Numbered from the stretch's first letter, positions 8,298 through 18,932 are shown. The stretch is 64,000 nt of DNA from Cenarchaeum sp. (GCA_965206845.1 OZ242221.1:1184001-1248000), one strand, 5' to 3'. Translations and numbers: made by a program. Notes: generated by a model from the sequence alone, not told the origin.

Positions 8298-9926
8298 TTG
8301 CCCGAAAGTCACAGGAGTATAGTTGAGCAGAGCTACTCGTCTGCGCCCGCATACAAGGAGGTCATGGCGGGGCAGCCGGAGAACTACCGGGTGATCAAGA
8401 CCCTGGGGGACCTGCTGTCGGCAAACTACAAGGTGGTGAACTCTAGGGAACAGATGCGCAACAACCTGGCGTCCCTCCTGGGGTCGGGCCGGCAGGCATT
8501 CCCCGGGATTGTGGGGTACGACGACGACGTGCTGCCAGCCATGTGCCGATCCATCCTGGCAGGCCACGACATGCTCCTGATCGGGCAGATGGGGCAGGCC
8601 AAGACGCGGCTTGTGCAGACGGCAGCCGAGACGCTGCTCTCGCCCATGCCAGTCATTAGGCAGGGCCTCACCAACGACTGTCCCATGGACCTGCCGGCAC
8701 CGGAGCTGATCGCCCTGCTTGACGATACGGCACCCGAGAGGCCGAGCCCGAACTTCTTCATAAGCCCAGAGAGCGCGTCTGTGATCCGCGACAACGGGCT
8801 TGACACCCGCATATCCTGGGCAGACGGCTCCTCCAGGTTCCGGTACGTTCTGGCCACGCCGGACATATCGGTAAAGGACCTGGTGGGCTACATCGACGCC
8901 ATAAAGATCGCCAAGCAGGGAACAGAGATGTACAAGATCGAGTCCTACTCCCCCGGCCAGCTCATGCAGGCAAAGCACGGCGTTATATGCATCGACGAGC
9001 TGCCGGTGCTGGATCCGAGAAAGCAGGTGGCGCTGCTCTCCGTACTGCAGGAGGGCCGTTTCACCACCGGGGCGTATCCGGTAGTCTTTGAGCCCAGGAC
9101 GGTCTTCTTTGCGACCGCCAACCCCGTGGACTATACCCACTCCGGCAAGGTGATCGAGCCGCTCTACGACAGGCTGAAGAGCCACATCCACACGCACTAT
9201 CCGGGCACCGTGGAGGACGAGATGATGATAATCATGCAGGAGGCGCAGATATCGCAGGCGCGCGTCCCGGCCGTTGTGCTGCGCATGCTGGCGCAGGTGG
9301 TCCACAAGATGCGCGCGTCCCAGCAGATAAACCAGGAGCGGGGGGTGAGCGTAAGGCTGGGGATTCACGGCCTGGAGCTCCTGGCAGGCGAGGCCCACAG
9401 GTGCCGTGCGCCGCCACCCGGCGCCCCGCTGGTTCCGCGCCCCGCAGACATGTACTGCCTGGAGCAGGTGGCAAAGTTCGAGCTGACGGATCTTGACGAC
9501 GGCATATCTGCCAGACGCCAGGTCTTCTCTGACCTGCTGGCAGAGTCGATGCGGGACGCCTGCCTTGAGGTTCTCTCGGGAGCGGAGAAGGCCCAGCTCG
9601 AGTCCGTCGGCGCAGAGTTTGCGGACAGGACCTTTCACGTGTCACAGCAGATGCGGTGGAGCGGCGCCGCGTCCTACGAGTCCCAGCTGGCAGACTTTGG
9701 GGCGCTGCGTAGCCTGGTGCACTCGTGCAGGGACGCCTTTGTGTCATACCAGGAGGATACGGCCGCAAGGGCCGCAAGGCACGGCATAGGGGGCGATCCG
9801 CTTGCCTTTCCTCCCGAGTGCCAGTCCGAGCTGCTTTCTGTGCTTGTGGAGATGGTGCTTGAGGGCCTCCGCTGGTCGACGCCCAAGATTCTGGAGAGAA
9901 GGGATGCCGGATACGTCTCGGCCTAG
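8298..9926 (+). CDS. AAA+ ATPase, Mg-chelatase ChlI/MoxR-like
   Basis: Walker A GQMGQAKT, Walker B ICIDELP, ATANP, PLYDR. Confidence 0.85.
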   Translation: MPESHRSIVEQSYSSAPAYKEVMAGQPENYRVIKTLGDLLSANYKVVNSREQMRNNLASLLGSGRQAFPGIVGYDDDVLPAMCRSILAGHDMLLIGQMGQAKTRLVQTAAETLLSPMPVIRQGLTNDCPMDLPAPELIALLDDTAPERPSPNFFISPESASVIRDNGLDTRISWADGSSRFRYVLATPDISVKDLVGYIDAIKIAKQGTEMYKIESYSPGQLMQAKHGVICIDELPVLDPRKQVALLSVLQEGRFTTGAYPVVFEPRTVFFATANPVDYTHSGKVIEPLYDRLKSHIHTHYPGTVEDEMMIIMQEAQISQARVPAVVLRMLAQVVHKMRASQQINQERGVSVRLGIHGLELLAGEAHRCRAPPPGAPLVPRPADMYCLEQVAKFELTDLDDGISARRQVFSDLLAESMRDACLEVLSGAEKAQLESVGAEFADRTFHVSQQMRWSGAASYESQLADFGALRSLVHSCRDAFVSYQEDTAARAARHGIGGDPLAFPPECQSELLSVLVEMVLEGLRWSTPKILERRDAGYVSA

Positions 9927-11244
9927 AGTGAAGAACCTGGTGTACTTTGCCAGTGGTAGAAAGGCGCAGCCAAAGCAGGGCCCTTCCCAGGAGGAGCTCC
10001 GCCACATACTTGAGACCGTGGGGCGGCAGGCCGTCAGGGAGCGGGCACCGGACCTGAAGGAGCTGGAGTCGATACTGCAGGACTCGCTCCGCCGGTTCCA
10101 GGACGGGCAGGAGGCCGAGTCCCGGGAGCTGGATCACGGCGACGGCTCGGCCTCGATCACAAAGATGCTCCAGGACCGCGGCTACCTCCGGAACAAGAAA
10201 AAGTGGCTTACCGACGCGGGGTTCCTCCTCATCGGCTCCAAGATACTCAGGGACGCCCTGAGGGACATGGGCGCAGGGGATCCTGGCCTGCACGAGACCA
10301 GGTTCCGCGGCGACGGCGACACCACCATCGACACCACGAAGAGGTTCGAGCCCGGCGACGACATCGCGCACCTGAACGTGCCCACAACCCTGCTCAACTC
10401 CGTCCTGCGGCTGGAGAGGGGGCGCGGCCGGGTGGACTTTCCGGTGGAGATCCTGCCGGAGGACCTGGAGGAGTCCGAGCGGCTGGATGACGTCAGGACC
10501 GCCATCGTGTACTGCATCGACCTCAGCTCCACCATGCGGTACAACCTGGCCGACGGCATGAGCAGGATCGAGGCCGCCAAGAGGGCGCTCTGGAGCCTGT
10601 ATGCCATGAACAGGAGGTTCTTTCCCAGCGACTCGGTCTCTGTAGTGGGCTTTGCGTCGATGGCATCCGTGGTGAAACCCCAGGACATCCCGTACCTCAA
10701 GACGTATGATGCCGGTGACGGCTTTCTCCACTATACCAACTACCAGGGCGCCCTGCACCTTGCAGGCAGGATACTCCGCAGGACGGCCGCCCGGAACAGG
10801 AGAATCGTCCTGATAACCGACGGGCAGCCGTCGGCGTGCTTTGTGGAGAACGAGCAGCAGAAGAGCGCGATAGTGTCCGAGAAGCCCTACTCGAACTTTT
10901 ACTCTGTTGATGGCGCCCTGCTGGCCAAGGTCAGGCGCGAGAAGGACATAAGGCTGGATGCCCGCCCCGGCAGGCTGGTGTACCTCTGCTACAGGTACAG
11001 GAAGGTGGATGCCCGCATAAGCCACCAAACGCTGCAGGAGGCCAAGAGGTGCCTGGGGGAGGGCATCAGCATCGACTCCATAGTGATCAGCGACGAGACC
11101 GAGCTGCTGGACTACATCCGGGGGTTTGAGGCGGCCCTCCACGGCAGGACGTACCACATCCAGGACTCCGGCATGAGCCGGGTCCTGATCGCAGACTATA
11201 TCTCCAACACCAGAAGAATTTTAAGATCCACGCAGAACCTGTGA
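9904..11244 (+). CDS. VWA-domain protein, partner of upstream AAA+ ATPase
   Basis: MIDAS DLSSTM, TNYQGAL, LITDGQP; start reassigned to ATG 9904. Confidence 0.85.
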   Translation: MPDTSRPRVKNLVYFASGRKAQPKQGPSQEELRHILETVGRQAVRERAPDLKELESILQDSLRRFQDGQEAESRELDHGDGSASITKMLQDRGYLRNKKKWLTDAGFLLIGSKILRDALRDMGAGDPGLHETRFRGDGDTTIDTTKRFEPGDDIAHLNVPTTLLNSVLRLERGRGRVDFPVEILPEDLEESERLDDVRTAIVYCIDLSSTMRYNLADGMSRIEAAKRALWSLYAMNRRFFPSDSVSVVGFASMASVVKPQDIPYLKTYDAGDGFLHYTNYQGALHLAGRILRRTAARNRRIVLITDGQPSACFVENEQQKSAIVSEKPYSNFYSVDGALLAKVRREKDIRLDARPGRLVYLCYRYRKVDARISHQTLQEAKRCLGEGISIDSIVISDETELLDYIRGFEAALHGRTYHIQDSGMSRVLIADYISNTRRILRSTQNL

Positions 11245-11247
11245 CAC

Positions 11248-11553
11248 ATGGAATACGACGCAGAGAAGATCGTGGCGTGCATGTTTGATCCCGTCACCTC
11301 TGAGATAATGGCCATGCTGGAGCACGGCCCCAGAGCGCTGTCGCAGCTGGCAGAGGACTCGGGGGTGTCCTCTGATGCGGTGCTTGAGCAGCTCTCATAC
11401 CTTGTGCAGCACGGCTTTGTCATCAAGACCGTGGAGGGTTCGGCCGTCATGATATCTGCAGATGCAGAGAAGCTCGCATCTGCCATTGAGGGCAGCGGAA
11501 GCTTTGACGGCGCGGTGGACGGCCTTGAGACGATGGACAGCTACCTCAACTGA
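11248..11553 (+). CDS. Small winged-HTH protein
   Basis: FDPVTSEIMAML..LSQLAE..LSYLVQHGFV wHTH pattern. Confidence 0.7.
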   Translation: MEYDAEKIVACMFDPVTSEIMAMLEHGPRALSQLAEDSGVSSDAVLEQLSYLVQHGFVIKTVEGSAVMISADAEKLASAIEGSGSFDGAVDGLETMDSYLN

Positions 11554-12041
11554 CGCTTTCTCTTTATCGCGTATATGGTCATCACGACCATGGCGGCAAG
11601 GCCTGCCAGCAGGATGTAGAACCCGGTGAACCCTATCGAGAACGCCTCCGTGCCGGGCATGTGGCCTAGCAGGGCCACCACCTCGGTCGCCTGGCCCGTG
11701 TTGCTGATGGTCAGAGTGTACGGGCCGGCATCTGTAATCTCAAACCTGGACTCGTAGGAGTCGCGGTCGATGTCCGTCTTCTCTATCTGGGTGCCCAGGG
11801 GATCCGCTATGTTGGCAGAGACCTGTGAGCCCTCAAGGCTCATGACCTGCACGACATACACGGCGGTGCCGGCCACCCCGGGATCCAGCTCCACCGTAAT
11901 CCTCATGGATTGCTCGGGGCCTGCGATCCCGGTCTCGGTGATCAGTCCCTCGGTGACCACCTGCGATCCGTAAAACGACAGGACCAGACCCACAGCCAGG
12001 AGCCCCGTTGCCGTCAACAGCATAACTGGCAGCTTGTTCAC
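11541..12041 (-). CDS. Hypothetical membrane protein with N- and C-terminal TM helices
   Basis: Two hydrophobic helices around a beta-rich domain; start uncertain (12041 or 12023). Confidence 0.65.
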   Translation of the reverse strand: MNKLPVMLLTATGLLAVGLVLSFYGSQVVTEGLITETGIAGPEQSMRITVELDPGVAGTAVYVVQVMSLEGSQVSANIADPLGTQIEKTDIDRDSYESRFEITDAGPYTLTISNTGQATEVVALLGHMPGTEAFSIGFTGFYILLAGLAAMVVMTIYAIKRKRQLR

Positions 12042-12100
12042 GGGTAGGAGATGGCACCACGCCAATATAAAGCGCCAAATGCGGCCAGTCCCGCATGTCC

Positions 12101-13264
12101 CTAGACTAGGATGCTGGTCAGGTACATGACCAGCATGCCAACGGCAATGCCTGCCACCACCGGGGCGCCCGAGAGACTGCTGTCTTTCTCACTTCGCATC
12201 CACTTGAGCATTATCACGATGACTTGGAAGATGGCGCCGGCCCCCACGGACAGGAAGATTACGGTGGCAAAGGGCGAGTACGCAAAGCCCCCCGCCCAGG
12301 CGCCAAAGATCGCCGGGGTTCCGGCGATGGCCGCCATCAGGCCCAGCCGGATTATCGGCGCCTTTGTCCGCGACAGGGGGGCGGCGATGGCAAGCCCCTC
12401 GGTGGTGTTGTGCAGCGCAAAGCCCACTATGAGAAACGCCGAGAAGGCGGCAGAGCCCAGCCCGACGGCGGCCCCTATCGCAAGCCCCTCGCCAAAGTTG
12501 TGCAGCCCGATTCCCACGGCCACCATCAGCGCCATCGCGGCCGGCTGGATGGCTCCCTTCCCGGCCAGGCGGCCGGCGCTGTAGTACAGCCCCATAAAGG
12601 CGAGCACCACGACGGTGGCCACAAGCAGGGCCCCGTTGAAGCTGCCTGCGAGGTTCTGACCTGCCACGTCCAGCGCCTCCTCTATGGAGTCGATTCCCAG
12701 AAAGAGCAGCAGGCCGGCCGTCAGCGCAAGAAAGAACCGGTACTTGTCCCTTGATATCCTCCTGATGAAGGGCAGCCACAGCATTCCGATCACCACGGGA
12801 ATCACCCCCACGTACGTGCCGATGACGGCAAACGTGGCGGCCAGGCCCCACCCGGGCTCCAGAACCGGAGCCGCGGACTGGATCTGCCTCTCAAACCGCG
12901 TTCCGTCGTCTGTGGTGATCCCCACCGTGTAGGGCTCCCCCACGTTCCACGCAAAGGGTACCCTGACCACCGCCGTCTCGTATCGCTCTAGGAAGCGGTC
13001 CGGCTCTATGGCCGCCGGCTGTATCCGGTCGTTGATGTCGGCTACGGCTATGCTCACAGCCATCGGGCCCGTGTTGCGGATCGTGGCCCGGATCTCCGAG
13101 TCCGCAAAGTCGACCCGCTCTATCGTTATCTCCGGAAGCGGCTCGCCCAAGTCAAACAGGTTGGATCCCGGTCCGGAGACGTACGCTATCAGAACCGCCA
13201 CGAGAAGGAGCGGCACCGCTCCGCTGGCTACCAGCTTTGCCCCTGACGCCCCGCCGCCCGGCAA
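12101..13264 (-). CDS. ZIP-family divalent metal transporter with extracellular Ig-like N-domain
   Basis: GLHNFGEGLAIG and ALHNTTEGLAI signatures; multiple TM helices. Confidence 0.92.
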   Translation of the reverse strand: MPGGGASGAKLVASGAVPLLLVAVLIAYVSGPGSNLFDLGEPLPEITIERVDFADSEIRATIRNTGPMAVSIAVADINDRIQPAAIEPDRFLERYETAVVRVPFAWNVGEPYTVGITTDDGTRFERQIQSAAPVLEPGWGLAATFAVIGTYVGVIPVVIGMLWLPFIRRISRDKYRFFLALTAGLLLFLGIDSIEEALDVAGQNLAGSFNGALLVATVVVLAFMGLYYSAGRLAGKGAIQPAAMALMVAVGIGLHNFGEGLAIGAAVGLGSAAFSAFLIVGFALHNTTEGLAIAAPLSRTKAPIIRLGLMAAIAGTPAIFGAWAGGFAYSPFATVIFLSVGAGAIFQVIVIMLKWMRSEKDSSLSGAPVVAGIAVGMLVMYLTSILV

Positions 13265-13265
13265 G

Positions 13266-14294
13266 TCATGCCTCCGGCTCTTTCACCAGGAATGTGCCTG
13301 TCCATCCCTTCTCAGAGAACTCCACCTTGTGCGCGTGGAACAGGTACTTGCCGGGAAACTGGTACTCGAACTCCAGTATTCCCCTCTCGGTCTGCGACAA
13401 CGTGATCATATCCGTGTAGAACGACGGCACGGTGTCTGTTCCCGTGGGGTAGTAGTGGTATAGGTTGCCGTGCAGGTGCAGGTTGTTTATTGAGTCAAAC
13501 TCGACCATGTTCACCACGTACACCCTGATCAGCTCGTCGGCATTGATCTGAATCGGGTGGTGCTGGTAGTAGAACGGAATCGTGTTTGCCGCGTAAAAGT
13601 TGTTCTCCAGGTCAAAGTCCGTGTCCATGGCGTTCAGGACCATCACCATCTCGTCTGCCGGCGGCCGCGGCTCTGCGGGATCCACAATGTACACGCCGTA
13701 CAGTCCGTGGGCAATGTGCTCCTCTAGCGGCATCACATGGCAGTGGTACGGGTGGACCCCGACGGGATCCGCCACAAACTCGTATGTGAACCGCCCGCCT
13801 CCGCCTCCCACGATCTCAAAGACACCGTCCATGACGGCGGTGTGGATTCCGTGAAAGTGCATCGTGTGGGACTTGGAGCCGTTGTTGATGAAGTGTATCC
13901 TTACCAGGTCGCCCTCAGTAGCCCTTATGGTCGGGCCGGGCACCGTCCCGTTGAACGTCCACACATTGAAGAAGACGCCGGGGGAGATCTCCTGCACCAG
14001 GTGATCCTCTGCCACTATGGTAAACTCCCGCAGCGTCGTGCCGTCCTCCATTATGGACGTCTTGCCGTAGTGAAATTCCCTGAGGAACTGGCTGGGATCA
14101 AACTCCACCTCCGATACGGCGTACATCGGATCCAGGACATCGCCGGTGGTTTTTATCACCCCGCCCGAGTGGGTAAAGAACGTCTTCTCTTGGTCCTGCG
14201 CCTCAGATGCCGGGGCCAGAACAAAGAGCAGTGAGCCGGCAGCAGCTGCCGCAAGCACCGTAACCATCATGGTCGATGTCTTGGTGTTCCTCAA
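13266..14294 (-). CDS. Two-domain multicopper oxidase, secreted
   Basis: HTMHFHG, YHCH..EEHIAHGL, LHLHG, FHAH copper motifs; signal peptide. Confidence 0.92.
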   Translation of the reverse strand: MRNTKTSTMMVTVLAAAAAGSLLFVLAPASEAQDQEKTFFTHSGGVIKTTGDVLDPMYAVSEVEFDPSQFLREFHYGKTSIMEDGTTLREFTIVAEDHLVQEISPGVFFNVWTFNGTVPGPTIRATEGDLVRIHFINNGSKSHTMHFHGIHTAVMDGVFEIVGGGGGRFTYEFVADPVGVHPYHCHVMPLEEHIAHGLYGVYIVDPAEPRPPADEMVMVLNAMDTDFDLENNFYAANTIPFYYQHHPIQINADELIRVYVVNMVEFDSINNLHLHGNLYHYYPTGTDTVPSFYTDMITLSQTERGILEFEYQFPGKYLFHAHKVEFSEKGWTGTFLVKEPEA

Positions 14295-14323
14295 GTCATC
14301 TGTATTGTGCCGCCCGTTTATAT

Positions 14324-14347
14324 AAAATTTAGCCTAGTCTAACTTTT
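14324..14347. promoter_or_regulatory. DtxR/MntR-like operator palindrome abutting the TATA box of the MCO-ZIP operon
   Basis: AAAATTTAGCCTAGTCTAACTTTT (TTAG-N6-CTAA); TTTATATAAA at 14317-14326. Confidence 0.65.
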
Positions 14348-14510
14348 TTGCACATGGCTAATTTTTGCCGGGCATAAACGCAGCATCTGGCTGCCTGCCT
14401 ACGCGGTACTGGGGATATGCACCCGAGGGATCCCTTGCGCTCGGCCAGCATGCTGCACCGTGCGGCACAGTATTGTTATCTACCAGAAGGATCAACCAAT
14501 ACCCGTGAGG

Positions 14511-17500
14511 ATGTTAGTCGTGTCGCTTGTGCTGCTGGCGTCCCTTGCCGTGCCGGCGGCGTCGGCCCAGCAGTCAAACGACCACCTGTACGTCTCAGCG
14601 GAGAGCAACACCTTTGGGAACAGCTTTGCCGGCTCCGTGGTAGTCGAGGTGATCGTCCGGGATCCGCTAAAGCAGGACATAAGCCAGCGCGTGGGCGAGC
14701 CCGAGGTAACAGTAGACGAGCGCCGCCTGAAGATGGTCCAGGGGACAAACGGCAACTGGTATGCATACTTTGCCGACGTGGATGCGGCGCTGGCGGCAGA
14801 CGGGATTGCCGGAGGCGCGCCGGGCGAGGGGCTGGACTTTGGCATGTTCTGCGGCCCGGCTACCGACATGACGGTTCTGGGAATGGACATATCGCGTACC
14901 GAGGGCGTGGCGGTTCCCGGCATGGGGCTGGAAGGGCCGTTTGGCGGCGGGGGCGACATACCGCCCTGCACCGAACAATTTGTGCCATCACAAGCAAGCA
15001 ACGTGGTCCGGAACCCCAGATCAATCGTTGACGGCCAGATCGAACCCGATGCGTGGCCTATTGTGCAGCTCTTCTCCCTTGATGACGACGTGGAGGTGTG
15101 GTACGGGAGGTACACCGGGGCGGAGACGGTCAGCCTGCGGTACGGCAGCGTATCTGGCATCTCCATGGTCTTTGACCGCGAGTCGTACCCCGCGGGCGCC
15201 GAGGTGATTCTTGAGGTGAGCGATGCGCAGCTGAACCAGGATCCGACCTCCCGGGACTCGTGGAGCTTTGGTGTGAGCCGGCCCCAGGCCACGTTCTACA
15301 TGGCCTTTGATGAGGACGGCAACAGGGCAGCCGACGGCGGCCTGGGCCTGGTAAACCTGGCCGCCAGCCTGCCGCGCTTGGGATTTGAGGACAACGGCAT
15401 CCTGTCCATGGACGAGAACCCCGTCATCCTCCTGAAGACAAACGACCACCAGCCGGCCACCTCCGTCACCGACGGATCCACCGTCTACCGCGACATAGTC
15501 ACCCTGCTTGAGACGCGCCCAAACTCTGGGGTCTTCTCCAGCTACGGCTCCAAGATGTCTGTGATCGGCACTGCACATGGTGCCCCCCGCAACAACGTGG
15601 CCAACTTTGAGTACAACGACGAGAACACCTCGGTTCTGTCCGGCACGTCGCCCGCCTCACTTGAGGTGGTCTCCACGCTCCGGCCCGGAACCTCGATTCC
15701 GGTGCGCATCACAGATGTGGATCAGAACACGGACTCGCAGAGGCGCGACACCCTGGACGTCTTTAGGAGCTCTGCCATAATCCCGACGATGCGCCTGGAG
15801 AGTCCGGTGACGCTGGCATCGGCCTCAGATGCGCGCCTTTATGCGTCTGCTGACTCCTATTCCCCGTCACTTGACCTGGACCGGAACTCCGACCGGCTCC
15901 TTGTGGACTCGAGGCGGGCTCCAGACGGCTTTGTCTTTGATACTCTCTCGCTACGGCTTGGCGTGTCGGCAGAGGACCTTGCGGACTCGCTCATTGATGT
16001 CCGGGAGCCGCGGTCCCGTGGAACCAACTGGTTCAACTATGACCTGCGGTCCCTTTCCCAGCTGGGTCTTGACCTTTCACAGACTGCCGCACGCCTGTAC
16101 GCCGGACTGGACGACGGCTCGCCGGTGACGATACTGGAGCGGGACGGTTCATCCGGACAGGGGCTTGTGCGGATCCAGGATGGCGCCGTGGTCGCGCTGG
16201 CCTCAAAGTCCGGCGACCTGTACCTTGTGTTTGACTTTGACTCACAGGGTAACGGGGTCCGTGGAGTCATCTCCAACGAGACGGACGTGCAGCCCATAGT
16301 GTCTGACTTTTTCTCCTTTGGCATCAAGGATAGCGAGAGCGTCGGCAGCGCGATCTACCGGTTCGAGCTGGAGGAGACCGAGACCGACTCGGGCGTCTTT
16401 GCAGGTACCGTCGAGTATGCGGTGCCCAACCAGCTCAACGTGGACGATCCGGACCTGATAAGGTCGCTGCGGGTCATAGACGAAGATGTAAGGTTCCTGG
16501 CAACAGGCAGGGTATCGGCAGATGACATCCGAATAACCTACCAGGATGCCCAGGGCTCGGGTACGGTGCAGCAGTCGATCTCCGCCTTTGACGGGCCGCC
16601 CCCGGACGTGACCCACTCCGGCTCGGTAAGCCTTGACGGCGCCCCGTTCCGCTTTGGCCGGGATGTGGTGGTCAGGCTGTACGATCCGGACCTCAACACG
16701 GGACACGACAGCATCGAGGTGTACCGGGTGGTGAACGATCCCGCATCACAGTTTGTGGATACGGTGGGCGACACCCGGGGCGGACTGCTGCTGGACGTCC
16801 TGCTCAAGGGCGTGCGGTACCAGCGCTGCACCGTGGCAGGCGAGGCCCACGGCGGTTTGGGATCTACGAACTTTGCGCTGGTGGAGACCGCGCCCGGCTC
16901 GGGAACCTTTGAGGGCCGCTTCAAGCTGCCTACTTGGATATGCAACGAGGCCGGGACCGGGCTGATGTCCACTGCAGGGGGCAGCGTGGTGGCGTTCTAC
17001 CACGACTACCAGGACGACTCTGGTCATCCAAACGTCTTTACGACCAAGACGGCGAGTGCCGAGCGTGCGGTACCAATGCCGCGGCTGGATGCCCTGGAGC
17101 TTGAGGTGCCGCCTCCATGGCAGTCTGCCACGAACACCATACGCGGCGTGATACCCGACTATCGGCGCGGGGCCGTAGTGGATGTTACAGTAACCGATCC
17201 CGCGGGTCTGGCGCAGACCTGGCATGTGCTGCCATCAGGACAGGGGGCCTATCAGGCGCCTGTTGCCATCGGTCCGGGGGCCAATCTCGGAACATACATG
17301 GTCACTGTGCGCTATCTGGGTGCCGTGATCGGCGAGCTCTTCTTTGATGTGACAGAGGAGAGGATGCCCTCCTGGATGAGGGATCTTGCCGGTCAGTGGG
17401 CGCAAGATCGGGCCTCCGATGACGAGTTTGCCGCGGGAATAGGATACCTGATAGAGAAGGGCGTGCTGCCAGAACTCCCGCAGGACGGCGCGCAGCAGGT

Positions 17501-17612
17501 GCCCCGGTGGGTAAAGCAGGTTGCCAGCTGGTGGGCCCAGGGTGACATTACGGATGACGAGTTTGTCGGGTCGCTGCAGTTCCTTATCGCATCCGGCGTA
17601 GTCCGGGTGTGA
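14511..17612 (+). CDS. Large secreted surface/S-layer-associated protein with thaumarchaeal C-terminal 'PxW..AxWW' tandem anchor
   Basis: Signal peptide; repeated L-ET-x-SGVF motifs; C-terminal PSWMRDLAGQWAQ / PRWVKQVASWWAQ repeats. Confidence 0.75.
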   Translation: MLVVSLVLLASLAVPAASAQQSNDHLYVSAESNTFGNSFAGSVVVEVIVRDPLKQDISQRVGEPEVTVDERRLKMVQGTNGNWYAYFADVDAALAADGIAGGAPGEGLDFGMFCGPATDMTVLGMDISRTEGVAVPGMGLEGPFGGGGDIPPCTEQFVPSQASNVVRNPRSIVDGQIEPDAWPIVQLFSLDDDVEVWYGRYTGAETVSLRYGSVSGISMVFDRESYPAGAEVILEVSDAQLNQDPTSRDSWSFGVSRPQATFYMAFDEDGNRAADGGLGLVNLAASLPRLGFEDNGILSMDENPVILLKTNDHQPATSVTDGSTVYRDIVTLLETRPNSGVFSSYGSKMSVIGTAHGAPRNNVANFEYNDENTSVLSGTSPASLEVVSTLRPGTSIPVRITDVDQNTDSQRRDTLDVFRSSAIIPTMRLESPVTLASASDARLYASADSYSPSLDLDRNSDRLLVDSRRAPDGFVFDTLSLRLGVSAEDLADSLIDVREPRSRGTNWFNYDLRSLSQLGLDLSQTAARLYAGLDDGSPVTILERDGSSGQGLVRIQDGAVVALASKSGDLYLVFDFDSQGNGVRGVISNETDVQPIVSDFFSFGIKDSESVGSAIYRFELEETETDSGVFAGTVEYAVPNQLNVDDPDLIRSLRVIDEDVRFLATGRVSADDIRITYQDAQGSGTVQQSISAFDGPPPDVTHSGSVSLDGAPFRFGRDVVVRLYDPDLNTGHDSIEVYRVVNDPASQFVDTVGDTRGGLLLDVLLKGVRYQRCTVAGEAHGGLGSTNFALVETAPGSGTFEGRFKLPTWICNEAGTGLMSTAGGSVVAFYHDYQDDSGHPNVFTTKTASAERAVPMPRLDALELEVPPPWQSATNTIRGVIPDYRRGAVVDVTVTDPAGLAQTWHVLPSGQGAYQAPVAIGPGANLGTYMVTVRYLGAVIGELFFDVTEERMPSWMRDLAGQWAQDRASDDEFAAGIGYLIEKGVLPELPQDGAQQVPRWVKQVASWWAQGDITDDEFVGSLQFLIASGVVRV

Positions 17613-17705
17613 CGGTTGCGTCCTGAATAACATTTTCAGACAACAAAGTCAGCTTTTCTTCTACCTACCACATTAAATACACTTGCCATGTGAAAAAATC
17701 AGTAA

Positions 17706-18701
17706 ATGAAGAAGATTGGATACCTTGGAGTGACCATATTGTTATTCTCCATACTTACTTATGGCATACCTGGAGCGGCGCATGCGCAGGGGACAGAGTA
17801 CCCGATCTCGATAATTACCGACAGGATCCAGTATGATGACGGTGACATCATGACGATATCCGGAAAGATAAGGGATCTGGGCCCTGCAGGCTTTGTTACA
17901 GATGTCACGATTCAGATCCTCACCCCAGGCGCAAGCGGCAGGCTTGCAATTGAGCAGGTTCCCACAGACCCTGACGGGAATTACTTTGTATCGCTCACTG
18001 TCGGAGGCCCCCTGTGGAAGGAGTCCGGCGAGTACGGAATACTGGTAGCTTATGGCTCGCAAAAGGCAACCGGCGCCTTTAACTTTACAGCAGCCACTAT
18101 AACTACGCCTCCTACACCTGTAGAACCGCCGGTGACAGAACCGGAACAGGTTACAACGCCGGAACCAGTTTCAACGCCCGAACCGACATCAGAACCGGCT
18201 CCAGAGCCCAAACCGGAACCAGCTCCAGAGCCCGAACCAGAACCAGAGCCCGAACCGACTCCTGCACCGGCACCCGAACCAGCGCCTGCTCCGGCACCCG
18301 ATCCAGACGATGGCGGCGGATGCCTAATCGCAACGGCGGCTTATGGCTCCGAGCTTGCGCCACAGGTACAGGCACTCCGGGAGATTCGCGACAGCACACT
18401 GCTCAGTACGGCATCGGGATCTGCATTCATGGCGGGATTCAACCAGGCGTACTACTCGTTCTCACCAACTATAGCAGACTGGGAGAGGGAGAGTCCCGTA
18501 TTCCGTGAGGTAGTAAGGGCACTCATCACACCGATGGTCTCGACGCTGTCCATAATGAGCATGGCTGACGAGGGCTCCGAGTCGCAGGTACTGGGACTTG
18601 GTGTGGCAGTAATCGCGCTCAACCTGGGAATGTATGTGGCAGCACCGACTGTGGGTATATTCATACTCAGGCGGCACTTTAGAAGACAAGTGCCTGCCTA
18701 G
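17706..18701 (+). CDS. CFI-box-CTERM surface protein with Pro/Glu-rich stalk
   Basis: Signal peptide, (EP)n/(AP)n linker, GGCLIATAAYGSELAPQVQ, C-terminal TM. Confidence 0.88.
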   Translation: MKKIGYLGVTILLFSILTYGIPGAAHAQGTEYPISIITDRIQYDDGDIMTISGKIRDLGPAGFVTDVTIQILTPGASGRLAIEQVPTDPDGNYFVSLTVGGPLWKESGEYGILVAYGSQKATGAFNFTAATITTPPTPVEPPVTEPEQVTTPEPVSTPEPTSEPAPEPKPEPAPEPEPEPEPEPTPAPAPEPAPAPAPDPDDGGGCLIATAAYGSELAPQVQALREIRDSTLLSTASGSAFMAGFNQAYYSFSPTIADWERESPVFREVVRALITPMVSTLSIMSMADEGSESQVLGLGVAVIALNLGMYVAAPTVGIFILRRHFRRQVPA

Positions 18702-18932
18702 GACGCAACCTACTCTGGACTATGTAGTTTCTGTGTGACTGGCGTTCTGCGCGGCAGCCTCCGGCGGCATGCCCGTTGCTGACATGCGCCGGCTCTGCGG
18801 ATTGCCTCTAATGCAGGTTCTGCCGCCGTTGTTTCATCTGCGGCACCGCCGGGCCCGAACCGCAGGCCCCTGGCCTGCCTTGGTAGCATCTACGCATAAA
18901 CTCTATTATACCGTGACTGGATATGCTGATCA

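Noticed and set aside
8166-11157. Long antisense ORFs (490 aa and 641 aa)
   Set aside because: Shadows of GC-rich sense genes with no recognisable motifs; the same applies to most overlapping ORFs in the track.
18702-18900. GC-rich intergenic stretches as candidate ncRNAs (also 6990-7180, 24260-24560, 28040-28260)
   Set aside because: No recognisable RNA family motif or second copy; hairpins are expected at this GC content.
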